Below are positions 40,759 through 57,027 of a stretch of DNA of 64,000 nucleotides, piece after piece. A program made the position numbers and the translations under genes. Below the pieces are notes generated by a model. That model searched no databases and was not told the origin of the DNA. It saw only the letters and a program-made list of their open reading frames with translations. Positions within the stretch are counted from its first letter, which is position 1. Each line of letters begins with the position of its first letter. The DNA is from Eledone cirrhosa (lineage: Eukaryota): positions 35,464,001 through 35,528,000 of the forward strand of contig OZ024752.1 in NCBI GenBank assembly GCA_964016885.1, given 5' to 3'.

Positions 40759-41103
40759 AGGGCCTACATAGGGTTAACCGCCAATAAATTCAAGCAGCGT
40801 CTTTACATGCATACCCATTCTTTTCGTTACCCTCTAAGAAGGAATATGACGTCACTTTCAGCTTATATCTGGAGTCTAAAAGACAACCACACCCAATATA
40901 AGTTACACTGGGAGATCCTAGCTAGGGCTAGATCGTATAACGGAAATAAAAGACCATGTGACCTCTGTGCCGCTGAGGCCCTGGAAATACTCTACGCCAC
41001 AGACCACATCTTAAACAAAAAATCTGAGGCAATTTCGGCTTGTAAACATAAATTGCACAAAACTTTCCTGAATTACAGCCCCACGTTTTACTCTAACGGA
41101 TAG
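40759..41103 (+). pseudogene. 5'-truncated GIY-YIG endonuclease C-terminus of Penelope-like element (mirror copy 40479-40757, minus)
   Basis: AYIGLTANKFKQRLYMHTHSF...TSLSAYIWSLK...WEIL...CDLCAAE...LNKKSE...CKH. Confidence 0.85.
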
Positions 41104-42043
41104 TACGATCTATACGTGGATATTTTACGTCTTGATGTGGTAGCTAAGTATATGTTTTGTTTATACCATTACTTATTTGCATAGGTAAGTATATTTTACC
41201 TGTATGTTTTGTGAAGGTACGTATACCTTCTCGTACGTATAATTGATTGTATATGTTATGGCGTATAATTTAATATATTCTGGTACATATGGTTTTGGTT
41301 ATGTGTATACGGGAGTTTTGCGTCTGTGTGAGTATGCAGGTTCGTGCGTATGTAGGGTGTGTGTATATGTGTACTTCATGTTTTGGTTGACTTACGTCTC
41401 CGAACATTTGTGTATTTACATGTAGGTATGTGTGTGCGCTTGTTATATACGTATTTATTTATTTATATACGTTTATTTAATTATTTAATTATTTATTTAT
41501 TTGTATACACACACATACATATTTATATGTGCGTGGTTTTGTATACCTATGGTAAGTGTTTTCGCGTATGCTTGTGTATGTACGTATTTGCATGCGTGTA
41601 TGTATTTATTTAATTTCTATTACCTCTGTATTGTATTTATTTACTTTGTTCTTAACTCTGAAGCGGAGATTCATTCGGTCTCCTAGTTAGAATTTTAGTC
41701 TACGACTTCTGCTATACCATTTACGTGGTTTTGTCTTTGCGTGCAATTGTCCTCCACGCTCCACATATGACGTATTATCTTCGTTTTTTTCGTTCATTGC
41801 CAGAGAACGTCTCTAAGAACCACCTAAGAGAACATTAGTCTACGACTTCTTTTATACCATAAACGTGGTTCTGTCTTTGTGCGTAATTGTTTTTCACCGC
41901 TCCTATTAATGACGTATTATATTCGTTTTTTCCCGTTCTTTGCCAGGGAACGTTTCCACGAACCAAAGTATCGTCTTCCTGTCTTCCTCCGGTTGCAACG
42001 TTTTTTGAAATATCCACTTCTGCGTTTACAGATTGACTTTGTT

Positions 42044-42093
42044 AGTTTCAGAAGATCCCGTTAAGGGTGAAAGCAGCGATTCTTGCTTAAACT
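42044..42093 (+). ncRNA. Hammerhead-fold variant with CAGAAGA core (family A)
   Basis: Stem I AGUUU/AAACU, core CAGAAGA, stem II CCC/GGG, GAAA, stem III AGCA/UGCU, CUU triplet. Confidence 0.6.
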
Positions 42094-42111
42094 TTAATCT
42101 ATTATTTTAAT

Positions 42112-44126
<2,015 letters not shown>

Positions 44127-44128
<2 letters not shown>

Positions 44129-45177
44129 CAATAAATACCAGAGTGTAATGTTCATCAATACAACCCCTAGAGGCGAACTAGCCTACAAATTTAGAAGGGC
44201 CCTAAATAAACATAATCTCAATATTAAGATAGTAGAAAGACCTGGTACCTCCGTAAAAACACTTATTAGCAAGAAATACCCGTTCCAAAGACCCTCATGT
44301 ATAGATAAGAAATGTATAACCTGTAAAATAAGCCCCCATATTAACTGTAAAACTAGAAATGTAGTGTATAGCATAAGATGTACTGAAGGACAATGTAGAA
44401 ACAAAAATATAGTGTACATAGGTGAGACAGCTCGTAGTATAGGGGAACGAATAAATGAACACTGGCGAGACCTCCAAGATAATAAAGAATCATCTGTGCT
44501 CTACCAACATGCTAAGATAGAACACAGGGGTAGATTAGAGAGCATAGAAATAAAAATAGAATCCACGCACAGAAAAGACGCAATGTTTAGGCAAATTACA
44601 GAGGCAGTAAGCATAAAAGAATTAAAACCAAAATTAAATAGAAAATATGAGTGGAACAGCAAGATCACAACTTACAATTAAGGACAAAATGAAAACACAC
44701 ACACACATAGAACAAACAACTTACAATTGAAAACACACACAAAATGAAAACACACAGGACAAAATGAAAACACACACACACATAGAACAAACAACCAACC
44801 AACAATAAATAAATAAATAAATAAACAAATAGAAAAATGAACACAAACACACACAGACACCCGGATGTGGCACATGCGCAAACTGAGCACACAACACACA
44901 GAAACAAAATGGCGTAGGATAGAAGAAAGAAAAGGCACAGAAACGAAGAGAAGAAAGGAATCCCCAGTCACTGAAGAGGTCACAGAGTGTGTGACGAAAG
45001 GACTATGACTATATATATAAACAACTATCTGGTTGTGGAACCAACCAACCAACCAGAAATTTATAAGTTTGTAGATTTGTAAATTTATAAATTTATAAAT
45101 ATATAATAAATTGAAGTGAAAGCAACTGGTGCGTGTGTTTCTTATTGGCAACATGACCCTCCCAAAGTATAACAATA
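44127..45177 (+). mobile_element. 5'-truncated Penelope-like element family C: Cys-rich linker plus GIY-YIG ORF (44148-44681) and terminal repeat
   Basis: C-x4-C-x2-C...NCKTRNVVYSIRC...VYIGETARSIGERINEH...H...H...RQITEA.SI...PKLN; ends CAACATGACCCTCCCAAAGTATAACAA, a motif also at 17352, 38112, 56426. Confidence 0.9.
44966..45010 (+). ncRNA. Type I minimal hammerhead ribozyme (family C)
   Basis: AGUCA CUGAAGA G GUCAC-agagugu-GUGAC GAA AGgaCU A/ UGACU; lies downstream of the GIY-YIG stop as expected for a pLTR. Confidence 0.85.
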
Positions 45178-45249
45178 TCGGTTTCAACACACGATTTCAG
45201 ATAAAGAATCTTGCTAAACAAATTCAGAAACGAACGAAATATATATATA

Positions 45250-45284
<35 letters not shown>

Positions 45285-45287
45285 AGA

Positions 45288-45368
<81 letters not shown>

Positions 45369-45560
45369 TAAAAGGAAAAGAAAATGCTGACAAATTGTTC
45401 CCAGTGAAAAATAGTTTAATTAGGAATAAGTAAAAATTAGTAATAGTATTGGTTAGTATTGGTTAGTATTCAGTTTTGGTTTTAAGTTTTTACCGGTTGC
45501 GCATTTCTAATGCTTATCAAAAATAATTTTGAGATAGAGCGCCCGTGATGTTGGCTCTAA

Positions 45561-45813
<253 letters not shown>

Positions 45814-45922
45814 TCAGGTTATCAATAATGTAGTGATAATATATCGTTACGTTAGAGATGAACAGCGTACGTGTAGGTTTGCTCAACTAGTATAAATTCT
45901 ATTCCGGAGAAAATGTAGAAAG

Positions 45923-46256
45923 GATGAATATAAAATGAAAGTGCTTTTTTTAAAAAGGAATTTATTAGGTATTGACATATGTTTCTGTAACAGACGGAAT
46001 ACCTATGTATCGCTGCTTGCGTAATCATATAATGTTAGCAAGTATTCGATAGCAAATGTATAATCAGTTGTCACTTCTTCATAGATTTATCCAAAACCTC
46101 TGACGAAGTGACAACTGATTATACATTTGCTATCGAATACTTGCTAACATTATATGATTACGCAAGCAGCGATACATAGGTATTCCGTCTGTTACAGAAA
46201 CATATGTCAATACCTAATAAATTCCTTTTTAAAAAAAGCACTTTCATTTTATATTC

Positions 46257-46259
<3 letters not shown>
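45923..46259. mobile_element. Fold-back palindrome (about 155-bp arms) of a Penelope-like terminus with hammerhead-like core 46100-46208
   Basis: Arms 45923-46077 and 46105-46259; CUGACGA..GUGACA/UGUUAC..GAAACAUAUGUC; stem I is poor. Confidence 0.7.
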
Positions 46260-46308
<49 letters not shown>

Positions 46309-47016
46309 TGACCGCGGCGCCGAGTGGTTTTGGTTTGTGTTCAACAAGTTTGACGAAGGTATATACCCACGTCAAGGCTTGCTGACTGAACAAGCCGAAA
46401 CCGCTTGGCACCACGATCGGGGTCTTACCTTTGTCTATACACAATCTGCATCTTCCCATGCATCGAGTACTCCCTTGCCTATATATATATATACAAATAA
46501 AGACAAATAAAATTATCGAAAATCGGAACCTCGGCCCACGAAATAACGAAAAGCAATCTTCGAAATGTGCGGCAAAGTGCTCAATGGTTCGGATGAACCA
46601 GAGCTATAACTAACGTTTAATACCAACACACTGAGACGATGCTTAAACAATCATTCGCACAGCCCAAAATACGATCAAGTAATTCGGGTCAAACAAATAT
46701 AAAAATATATATGATTGAAAAATTTACCCGGACCCCCTGGAAAGATGGTAAAATTCAGCATTTGGGTTTCTGCGGCTCCTAAATCAGGTACCGTCCGCCT
46801 ACATAAAATATGTCCGGCTTCTGGTAAGATCATGAACAAGGAAGTCGCTTTTTCAACAGGCCTTTAGTTCAATAATACAGGGGAAGACCTTACTAAAACC
46901 ACGTCAGCAAGAGAGGCAACCCCTATATTAGGCGAATGAATTCAGTTGTGTATATTATTGTAAGAATACAAAATATCACAAATCGAATTAGAGTTCTCAA
47001 CAGACGGGTTAAAGTT

Positions 47017-47019
<3 letters not shown>

Positions 47020-47053
<34 letters not shown>

Positions 47054-47064
47054 CACATACACAT

Positions 47065-47136
<72 letters not shown>

Positions 47137-47353
47137 CCTCTCTCTCTCTTATATGTGTATATATATATATAGTGGATCGAACTCACTATCTTAAAGATAG
47201 TGCTTGAATACATGAATGTTGATTGAAAAATTTATTGCCAAAATAGTTAAATTGGTCTCACAAGCACGACACCTTCCTATCGATTAACTATGCACTTATA
47301 CAAAGGAGACATCGCAATATATTTTCATACAGTATATGCAAATACACACACAG

Positions 47354-47440
<87 letters not shown>

Positions 47441-47565
47441 CAAAGAATGATTTTTATATGTTCTGGCTTGTTAATTTATTAACTTGTCATTGAACCACAT
47501 TTCCATACGGACGGATTATATTTGTATCCCTATGTGTATTTTTTACATGTAGGAACACATACTTT

Positions 47566-47605
<40 letters not shown>

Positions 47606-47653
47606 AATGTATATGTATGTATACGCACACTCGTACACACATACACATACACG

Positions 47654-47691
<38 letters not shown>

Positions 47692-47713
47692 TGTACACAC
47701 GCCCACACATATT

Positions 47714-47744
<31 letters not shown>

Positions 47745-48087
47745 GTATGTATACATATATGTATGTATACATACATATGTATGTATGTATACACATATAT
47801 GTATATATACATATATGTATGTATATATACATATATGTATGTATATGTATGTATATGTATGTGTACATATATATGTATGTATGTGCACATATATATGTAT
47901 GTGTACATATATATATGTATGTATACATATATATGTAAGTATGTATACATATATATGTATGTTTGTATACATATATATTTATGTATATATATATATACAT
48001 ATATATATATACATATATATATATATACATATATATATACATATATATATATGCATATTTATACATATTTATACATATTTATATATT

Positions 48088-48165
<78 letters not shown>
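47020..48165. repeat. (TA)n/(GA)n/(CA)n/(TATG)n microsatellites
   Basis: Direct reading. Confidence 0.93.
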
Positions 48166-48166
<1 letters not shown>

Positions 48167-49013
48167 GTATGAATATAACATTAATACATTTTAAATTTCT
48201 TTTATCTTAATAATTGATTTTTACTAAAATGTTTTTAAAACTGATCTCACTATATCAAAAATTGCAAAATGAAAATGTGAATGTTTAATAGCTTCGGAGA
48301 AGGAAAAATGAAAAACTGATTTCCTGAGAGTTTCTACAAGACTGGAATAACAGTCAAATTGCCAGTAGGCTTCATTTTTATCAGGTAGTAAAATAGAATA
48401 TTCTCTAACTCTTGTTATAGTTAACTTGCAGCTACCCTTACTTACAACAGCAATGATTTCCTTATAGAGAAAATATACACAAAAAAAAAAAAGTAATTAT
48501 GAAAATAGTGCCATAGCCTATTGGTGCCGAAAGCAATAATTAAGTGAAGAATGGTTTTCTTCTCAGATATAAATTCTGCATAATTATATTCGATTTTTCA
48601 TGAAGATATTTCGGAATTTTTTAAAAGTGATTTAAATGTTGTTATTATTATAGTTACTATGATTAATTATTAACTAAATATTAATGAATTTTTTTTTTTT
48701 TCACGGGGAGGGCGTTGTGTGGCGGTCGTGCTGTTGATGCTGTCGTGTTTTTATTAAGCTAAACAGTCGTTTTATTGATATATCGCTTGACATTAGGCAT
48801 GTTGTCATCCATTAGTGTTATAGTTGCATATCAACATTCATTACACGATTTTCTTTTTTTTGTTTTTGTTTTTTTGTTTCCTTATACGAAATCATAAGCT
48901 TCCTTTCCAAGTAATACTTTCCATAAACGTACTTATTTTTTTCTTAGCTTCGCGAGGTATTGCTTCATATGTACCCCCCAAAACTATTTATCATATAAAA
49001 TATCTGTATGACT

Positions 49014-49176
49014 GACCTGCCAACCTCTAAAATCCCAAACTGAGAGTCCCATGAAAATAAGTGAGGCAAAATGGGGAGATTTTACATAATGAAAGCTATA
49101 GCCATTTTCACAAGAGAATACATCTCTCACCCACCCGGGAGATCTCCCCGCTGGACGGGGAGAGTTGACAGGTCTG
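49014..49176. mobile_element. Small MITE
   Basis: TIR GACCTGCCAAC / GTTGACAGGTC. Confidence 0.55.
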
Positions 49177-49324
49177 GTATGAGCACGTGTGAGAAGAAAC
49201 ATCATGTTAACCAAAGTGGCTTTGGCTTCAATGAACTCCAGGTGTCGTTGTCTAAAGTATGATTTAACTCGGGTATCATTGTAAGGTAAAATTATTTTAA
49301 CTGGCCAAAAATTATATATACGAA

Positions 49325-49868
49325 ATAATTGTTTCTACTTTTGGCACAAGGCCAGCAATTACACCAGTGTATTACTGGTACTTTATTTTATCAATCCCGT
49401 AAAGATGAAAGGCAAAGTTAACCTCGGCGGGATTTGAACTCAGATCATAAACTCATTTGAACTTTATGCTGCAAAGCATGGCGTCCGACCCTCTACCGAT
49501 ACACGAAATAATTGCTTCTACTTTTGGCACAAGGCCAGCAATTATCCCAATGTATTACTGGTACTTTATTTTATCAATCCCGTAAGGATGAAAGGTAAAG
49601 TTAACCGTGTTGAAACCCACAAGGAAGGCAACAGAGAAATTGTGTCTACTATAGGACATACTTTACTCCAGGTAGACTGACCCTTAAGATTCATTTATGG
49701 CAGCGGTATGCGGAATAAAGGTCTTTCACAGACATATATATATACAAACATATATACACACATATATGCATACATATACAAACACACACACACACCTATA
49801 TACATACATATGTATATATACACACACACATATGTATACACACACACGCACCTATATACATACATATG

Positions 49869-49950
<82 letters not shown>

Positions 49951-50835
49951 TAAAAGATTAAAGTTTAAGCAAAGAATCTCTGCTTTCACCCTTAAAGGGA
50001 TCTCTGAAACTCTACGGGTTTTATATATATATATATATATAATTCTTATTGAACCCTCTTCGGATTTTAGTCTTCACATTTATTATTACTATATGGCAGT
50101 ATCGGTAGAGGGTTGGACGCCATGCTTTCTAACACAGTTACGTCCCTTTACAGTCTGAGTTCAAATCCCGCCGAGATTAACTTTGCCTTTCATCCTTACG
50201 GGGTCGATAAAATAAAGTACCAGTAATGTACTGGATAATTGCTGGCTTTGTGCCTAAAGTAGAAACAATTATTACTATATATACACAAAAAGCTTTCACT
50301 TTTGTTGTTTTGCCGGGTTTGTTTCGAATTCCTGACAAACCGCCATGTATCAATCTTTTGTATTAGCTTTAAAAATTATTTAGAGAGTATATGAAACTTC
50401 TTTTGTTGTAATTCTAGAGAAGCGCCTAGTTCTTTACAACTCGATCTAATTCAGTTACAATCGGATAACACTTTCTGATATCCATATTTAATTTATAATC
50501 TACTGTGGAATTATATTTTTCTCTGTGAATATTACAAACTATTCACTTTTGAGGAATCACACATTGATAATATCGTATTACCGTTTTCTGTCACCGATCT
50601 AAACACTTTTCTCTGTGTTAGTCGTAAGTCGAGTACACAAGAACTACTTGTATTCTCGACTTATAGATAATTGTTTCTACTTTTGGCACAAGGCCAGAAA
50701 TTATCCCAGTACATTACTGGTACTTTATTTTATCGACCCCGTAAGGATGAAAGGCAAAGTTAACCTCGGCGGGATTTGAACTCAGATCGTAAAGGGACTT
50801 AACTATGCTGGAAAGCATGTCCGACCCTCTACTGA
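49325..50835. mobile_element. Meta-core SINEs (49325-49610 -, 50093-50268 +, 50672-50835 -) and a family A terminus (49945-50092)
   Basis: TSDs TTATTACTATAT and CTCGACTTATAGATAAT visible. Confidence 0.8.
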
Positions 50836-50959
50836 TACTGCCAATTCACCGCCCCTCTCGACTTATAGATAATATTCCGCTAAACCAACCCAGAAATGCC
50901 GTCATAAGCTCCATGTTATTTCTCCCTGATGTCCAAATCAAATCAGAACCAGCATTTTT

Positions 50960-51400
50960 ATCTAGTGCTATCGGAGTGGAGTTGGTTACATGCAAGTGCG
51001 AACCCCATGAGGTGGAATGGCTGTTCCAGCACGTCTCCCTCACCATCCTCCGGGGAAATGTCTTCTCCATCCTGTCGGCCGGGACCATCCTGTCGGAATT
51101 GGATTGGCCCTTAAGTTTCATTTACAGAGGTGGCATGCGGAATAGAATTACTTGCATAAACAATAGCAACCTCACCACCCACCGGGGTAACGTCTTCCCC
51201 ATCCTGTCGGACAACACCACGAGGTGGACTGACCCTTAAGTTGCAGTTACAATGGTGGCGTATGGAATAGCTTTACTTCCAATGACACTTCCAGCGCATC
51301 TCCCTTACCATCCTCCGTGGGGAGGCCAGCACGTGGGACCCCATTTGCTCATAATACAGAGAGATGGAGGCGATGACAGTGGGAGTTCGGTTCTTCCACG
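50960..51400 (+). mobile_element. CRE-like 3' end with about 120-bp internal triplication
   Basis: PHEVEWLFQHVSLTILRGNVFSIL; CTCACCA.CC.CCG.GG recurs at 51039, 51171, 51304. Confidence 0.75.
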
Positions 51401-52180
51401 TTCGAACCATATCCTTGTGGTTGTGTTTATTATCTATATAGAAAATTACTTGAAAAAGTTTATACGGGTAATGCTGAGGAAATGGTTATAACAGTTTTTT
51501 TTTCGCGGTTGCTAGACGGAAGTAGCAGTCACGTGTTACAACCAGAAGTTCATTGATATCTCCTCCCTCTTGTTTTTGATAAACATGAGTAGGTTGAGAA
51601 ACGAAATATATTTTCACATATACATTGTTGAATAGGTTGATTACTTTATCAAGAAAACCGTACCAACGACTCACCAGTTTTACAATGATGTAATACCACA
51701 CTCTGCACTAAACAATCTATTGAGCTCTGTGACAACAAACATCATAACTAATCAACCAACCAGCCAACCAACCAATCAACCAACCAGCCAAGCAGCCTAC
51801 CTTTGTATATAGGACTCGTGTTTTGTTCTTTTGATAAAACAGTCATCAAATAGCTTGAAGTTTCATTAGATTCAAAACATTATACTTAGGTTTTTCGCTA
51901 TTTAAAGCACAATAACTACGTTATTTCAGGGGTTGTACCAGACAGATAGATAGTATCAGAAATGAAAAATGCCAATGGAAACGTGTGTAAGAGAGAGAGC
52001 TTCTTGAAAAGTAATTGGTGAATCTACCTGTTTTAGGAATACCTTCCTGTCAGCAAATAATATTAAATCTACCAATTTATTTAATGCTAAACAAGAGTTT
52101 TAGAATGAATTTCTTCGTCCTTGTATTTTTTAATCATGCTTTTTAGTTTTATATTTTTATAAAGATCTACAGAAACGTCT

Positions 52181-52321
<141 letters not shown>

Positions 52322-54061
52322 CCATATCTAACAATGTATTTTGAATTTCTTTTAATTGTAAAAGAATAAACTCAGTATGAAATTAACTCTGTTCGTGCGA
52401 TCGTCCCACAAGAGCGAATCAGATCTTTTTACAAAAGAAAAATAAACGAAAGTTCAAGAAAAACTACCAATGGTGTTTATATATTGGTAGAAGAACGAAG
52501 AATTAATAAAATTTGTAAAAGATAATTGTGTGAGTTGAAAGAAGAGTTAAGTTCAGACATTTCTAAGAAAAAGAAAATTATGCTTTTGTCACAAGGGACT
52601 TATGACGAATTAATATTACCGAAATAAAGAACTTTTAACAAAATGAAGCGGTGTATAGTAAATTACGCATTTCCTGGTATTTCAATGTTATTTATAATTT
52701 CAATAGCTTTCTTTAATAATTTTCTTTTTTTTTTCTTTTTACAAAATCTTGAATAATAAATATTATTTTAAAATATGGTGCCAGTCACTTAATCAATACG
52801 GAAGTTTGCATACTTTCTCAATACAGCTTTCAAATGAGTGGTTGATCGTCAACTATATTTTTCTATTTCGTGACTAAAAATACTTCGATCTATTTTACTT
52901 ATATCCCAGACAAAAAGCTTATTGAAAGTTCCTTCCTTTTGTAACCACCATGACGGTTTTCGTTGAGCTGTTTAGTTGGATGTTTTCACATTCAAATTAT
53001 ACCCGTTTTTGTTTGGTTCATTTATAGAATTGTATCTGTCTATTAAAAAATGTTCTTTCTTAGTTGTTTAATCTTCTTATGATAATGAAGTATATGGAAA
53101 ACCACAATAAATAATTCAGTTTAAATTATAATGGTTTCTGATTTAGGCACAGGGCCAACTATATTTTGAGGTAAGTGGGAAGGGCGATTAAATCGACACC
53201 AGTGCATTACTGGTACTTTATTTTATCGACCCCGTAAAGATGAAAGACAAAGCTAACCTCGGCGGGATTAGAACTCAGAAAGAGTAAAGAAACGTAACTA
53301 TATACCGCAAAGTATGATGTCTGACGCTCTACCCATTCTGCCAATCCATCGCCCTTAAGCTTCTTGTGGTAATAAAATATATCGAAAACCACAATACAAA
53401 TACAGAATAGATAATAACAGAAGACATATTAAACACAAATTATTCCTCGGAATAAAATTAAATTAATTTTATATACTTAACGTTATCATTGAAATTATTA
53501 AATGAATTCAATTTCGCATACCATGGCTCTGGCTTCTTCCAGTTGAGGTAACACCATAGTGGTATCATGTCAACATAATATCTTACATATATATATATGG
53601 ACCCGTAACTCCCGAAGGATTCGTAAGGACACCGCATTGACATACGACGTTACTAGGGCATTAAAAAAAATCTCTATGTTGCAAAGCATGGCGCCCGACG
53701 CTCTACTGATACTGCCAATCCACCGCCCTCACCTTTGTCTTAAATAATTGTTTCTACTTTTGGCACAAGGCCAGTAATTATCCCAGTACATTACTGGTAC
53801 TTTATTTTATCGACCTCGTAAGAATAAAAAGCAAAGTTAACCTTGGCGGGATTTGAACTCAGAACGTAAAGGACTTAACTATGCTGTAAAGCATGGCGTC
53901 CGAACCTCTAGCGATATTGCCAAACCACCATAATGAAAGAGCAAATTGGATAATGAACGCCTAGATATAACACTCCACCGCATGGACACATTTGAATTGC
54001 CTTTGATCTTAAGACTGCTCAATCATCAACAACAGCACCATATATTTTAATGAAATAATTG

Positions 54062-55260
54062 AATAAAGTACCAGTAATGTACTGGGTATTGCTGGCCTTG
54101 TGCCAAAAGTAGAAAACAATTATTATGTGTGGCAGTATCGGTAGAGGGTCGGACGCCATGCTTTGCAGCAAAGAGTTACGGTCCTTTATGATCTGAGTTC
54201 AAATCCTGCCGAGGTTAACTTTGCCTTTCATCCTTACAGGGTCGATAAAATAAAGTACCAGTAATACACTGATTTAATTGCTGGCCTTGTGCCAAAAGTA
54301 GAAACAATTATTATGTGTGGCAGTATCGGTAGAGGGTCGGAAGCCATGCTTTGACGCATAGAGTTACGGCCCTTGCCATTCTGAGTTCAAATCCCGTCGC
54401 CGAGGTTAACTTTACCTTTCATCCTTACGGGGTCGATAAAAATAAAGTACCAGTAACACACTGGAATAATTGCTGGCCTTGTGCCAAAAGTAGAAACAAT
54501 TATTATGTGTGGCAGTATCGGTAGAGGGTCGGACGCCATGCTTTGACGCATAGAGTTACGGCCCTTTATGGTCTGAGTTCAAATCCCGCCGAGGTTAACT
54601 TTGCCTTTCATCCTTACAGGGTCGATAAAATAAAGTACCAGTAATACACTGATTTAATTGCTGGCCTTGTGCCAAAAGTAGAAACAATTATTATGTGTGG
54701 CAGTATCGGTAGAGGGTCGGACGCCATGCTTTGACGCATAGAGTTACGGTCCTTTATGATCTGAGTTCAAATCCTGCCGAGGTTAACTTTGCCTTTCATC
54801 CTTACAGGGTCGATAAAATAAAGTACCAGTAATACACTGATTTAATTGCTGGCCTTGTGCCAAAAGTAGAAACAATTATTATGTGTGGCAGTATCGGTAG
54901 AGGGTCGGACGCCATGCTTTGACGCATAGAGCTACGGCCCTTGCCATTCTGAGTTCAAATCCCGTCGCCGAGGTTAACTTTGCCTTTCATCCTTACGGGG
55001 TCGATAAAAATAAAGTACCAGTAATACACTAGGATAATTGCTGGCCTTGTGCCAAAAGTATAAACAATTATGTGTGGCAGTATCGGTAGAGGGTCGGACG
55101 CCATGCTTTGACGCATAGAGTTACGGCCCTTGCCATTCTGAGTTCAAATCCCGTCGCCGAGGTTAACTTTGCCTTTCATCCTTACGGGGTCGATAAAAAT
55201 AAAGTACCAGTAACACACTAGGATAATTGCTGGCCTTGTGCCAAAAGTATAAACAATTAT
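54062..55260 (+). mobile_element. Head-to-tail hexamer of about 190-bp Meta-core SINE
   Basis: Units start about 54130, 54318, 54510, 54698, 54886, 55075. Confidence 0.92.
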
Positions 55261-55507
55261 TATGTGGAGCTGTGTAGATGTAGAAAAGAAATACATAAAC
55301 AAGAGGAAGAAGCCTACTTAATTCAAATAATAATTCTCTTCCATTTTTAACGGAGTATAGATTATTTAGGAGCAAACAGAACTGGTGACTTAGTATTTTT
55401 CGTTTTGAATTAAAAATTGGAAGCCAGCAAAGTGTTGTATGTATTTGCTAGAATCTGCCTATTTATCTGTGTGTGCGTGTACGTGTATGTATGTGTGTAT
55501 GTATCTG

Positions 55508-55577
<70 letters not shown>

Positions 55578-55580
<3 letters not shown>

Positions 55581-55960
55581 GATAGTAAACAAATGGAAAC
55601 TATATTTCTAAAACTTATAAAACCATATTTATTTCATTATACATATTTCAGGGATACCATATTAAAAATATGGCATGCCTTCGTCAGATAAAATACAATA
55701 TATAAACTGTTTATAAATAATTTTGACGTACCATAAATATAAGCGACCATTAAGGTAGGAAGCTGGCTTGGTACCAAGCCAGCTTCCTACCTTAATGGTC
55801 GCTTATATTTATGGTACGTCAAAATTATTTATAAACAGTTTATATATTGTATTTTATCTGACGAAGGCATGCCATATTTTTAATATGGTATCCCTGAAAT
55901 ATGTATAATGAAATAAATATGGTTTTATAAATATAGTTTCCATTTGATTACTATCGTATA
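55578..55960. mobile_element. Spacer-less palindrome of Penelope-like family D terminus
   Basis: Centre TTGGTACCAA at 55772/55773; arms about 190 bp; homologous to 16990-17245. Confidence 0.9.
55850..55915 (+). ncRNA. Type I hammerhead (family D); mirror copy at 55630-55695 on minus
   Basis: UAUUUUAU CUGACGA AGG-cAUGCCAUAUU..AAUAUGGUAUc-CCU GAA AUAUGUAU A/ AUGAAAUA. Confidence 0.82.
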
Positions 55961-56043
55961 TCTACTCCAAAACCTTGTCGAGTGCTTTATATCGGTTATA
56001 AAATATTTACTTGTTGTAACCCAACAATTTTAAATAAAACTTT

Positions 56044-56127
<84 letters not shown>

Positions 56128-56299
56128 TGTATGTATATATATGTATATATATATGTGTGTATGTATATATATATATATATGTATGTATATATATATACAT
56201 GTATGTATATATATATTTATATATGTATATATATATATATATGTATGTATGTATATATATATATGTATGTATATATATATACATGTATGTATATATATA

Positions 56300-56426
<127 letters not shown>

Positions 56427-56480
56427 TGTTATACTTGGAGAGGGTCATATTTGTGTGATAATATTGCCAGAATTAATAAC

Positions 56481-56529
<49 letters not shown>

Positions 56530-56532
<3 letters not shown>

Positions 56533-56953
56533 ACTTCTGCGTTTACAGATTGGCTTTGTTAGTTTCAGAAGATCCCGTTAAGGGTGAAAGCAGCGATTCT
56601 TTGCTTAAACTTTAATCTGTTATTTTAATAAATATTTGCTCTACGGTTCTTCTATATTTGATATATATTTATCCTTATCGAGCCCTCTTTGGATTTTAGT
56701 CTTCAAATTTATTATTATTACTATATATATATATATATATATATAGGAACCAGTAAGACCCCGACAGCCGAGCTCAAGCCGTTTCGACGGCTAATTCTGG
56801 ACTTCTGGACTAATTCAGTCCAGAATTAGCCGTCGAAACGGCTTGAGCTCGGCTGTCGGGGTCTTACTGGTTCCTATTACCCACTCTACTACCTCAAGTA
56901 TTGAGTACTTTGGTGCGTTATGGTCCACCTGGTTCCTTACCACATTTCCTTCG

Positions 56954-56955
<2 letters not shown>
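56530..56955. mobile_element. Stacked family A terminus (56530-56722, hammerhead variant 56561-56611) and family B palindrome (56745-56955)
   Basis: Identity to other copies; separated by (TA)n. Confidence 0.8.

Positions 56956-57024
<69 letters not shown>

Positions 57025-57027
<3 letters not shown>

Noticed and set aside
46345-46415. TTGACGAAGG...GCCGAAACC as a hammerhead
   Set aside because: C3 is missing and no convincing stems I/III or NUH triplet.
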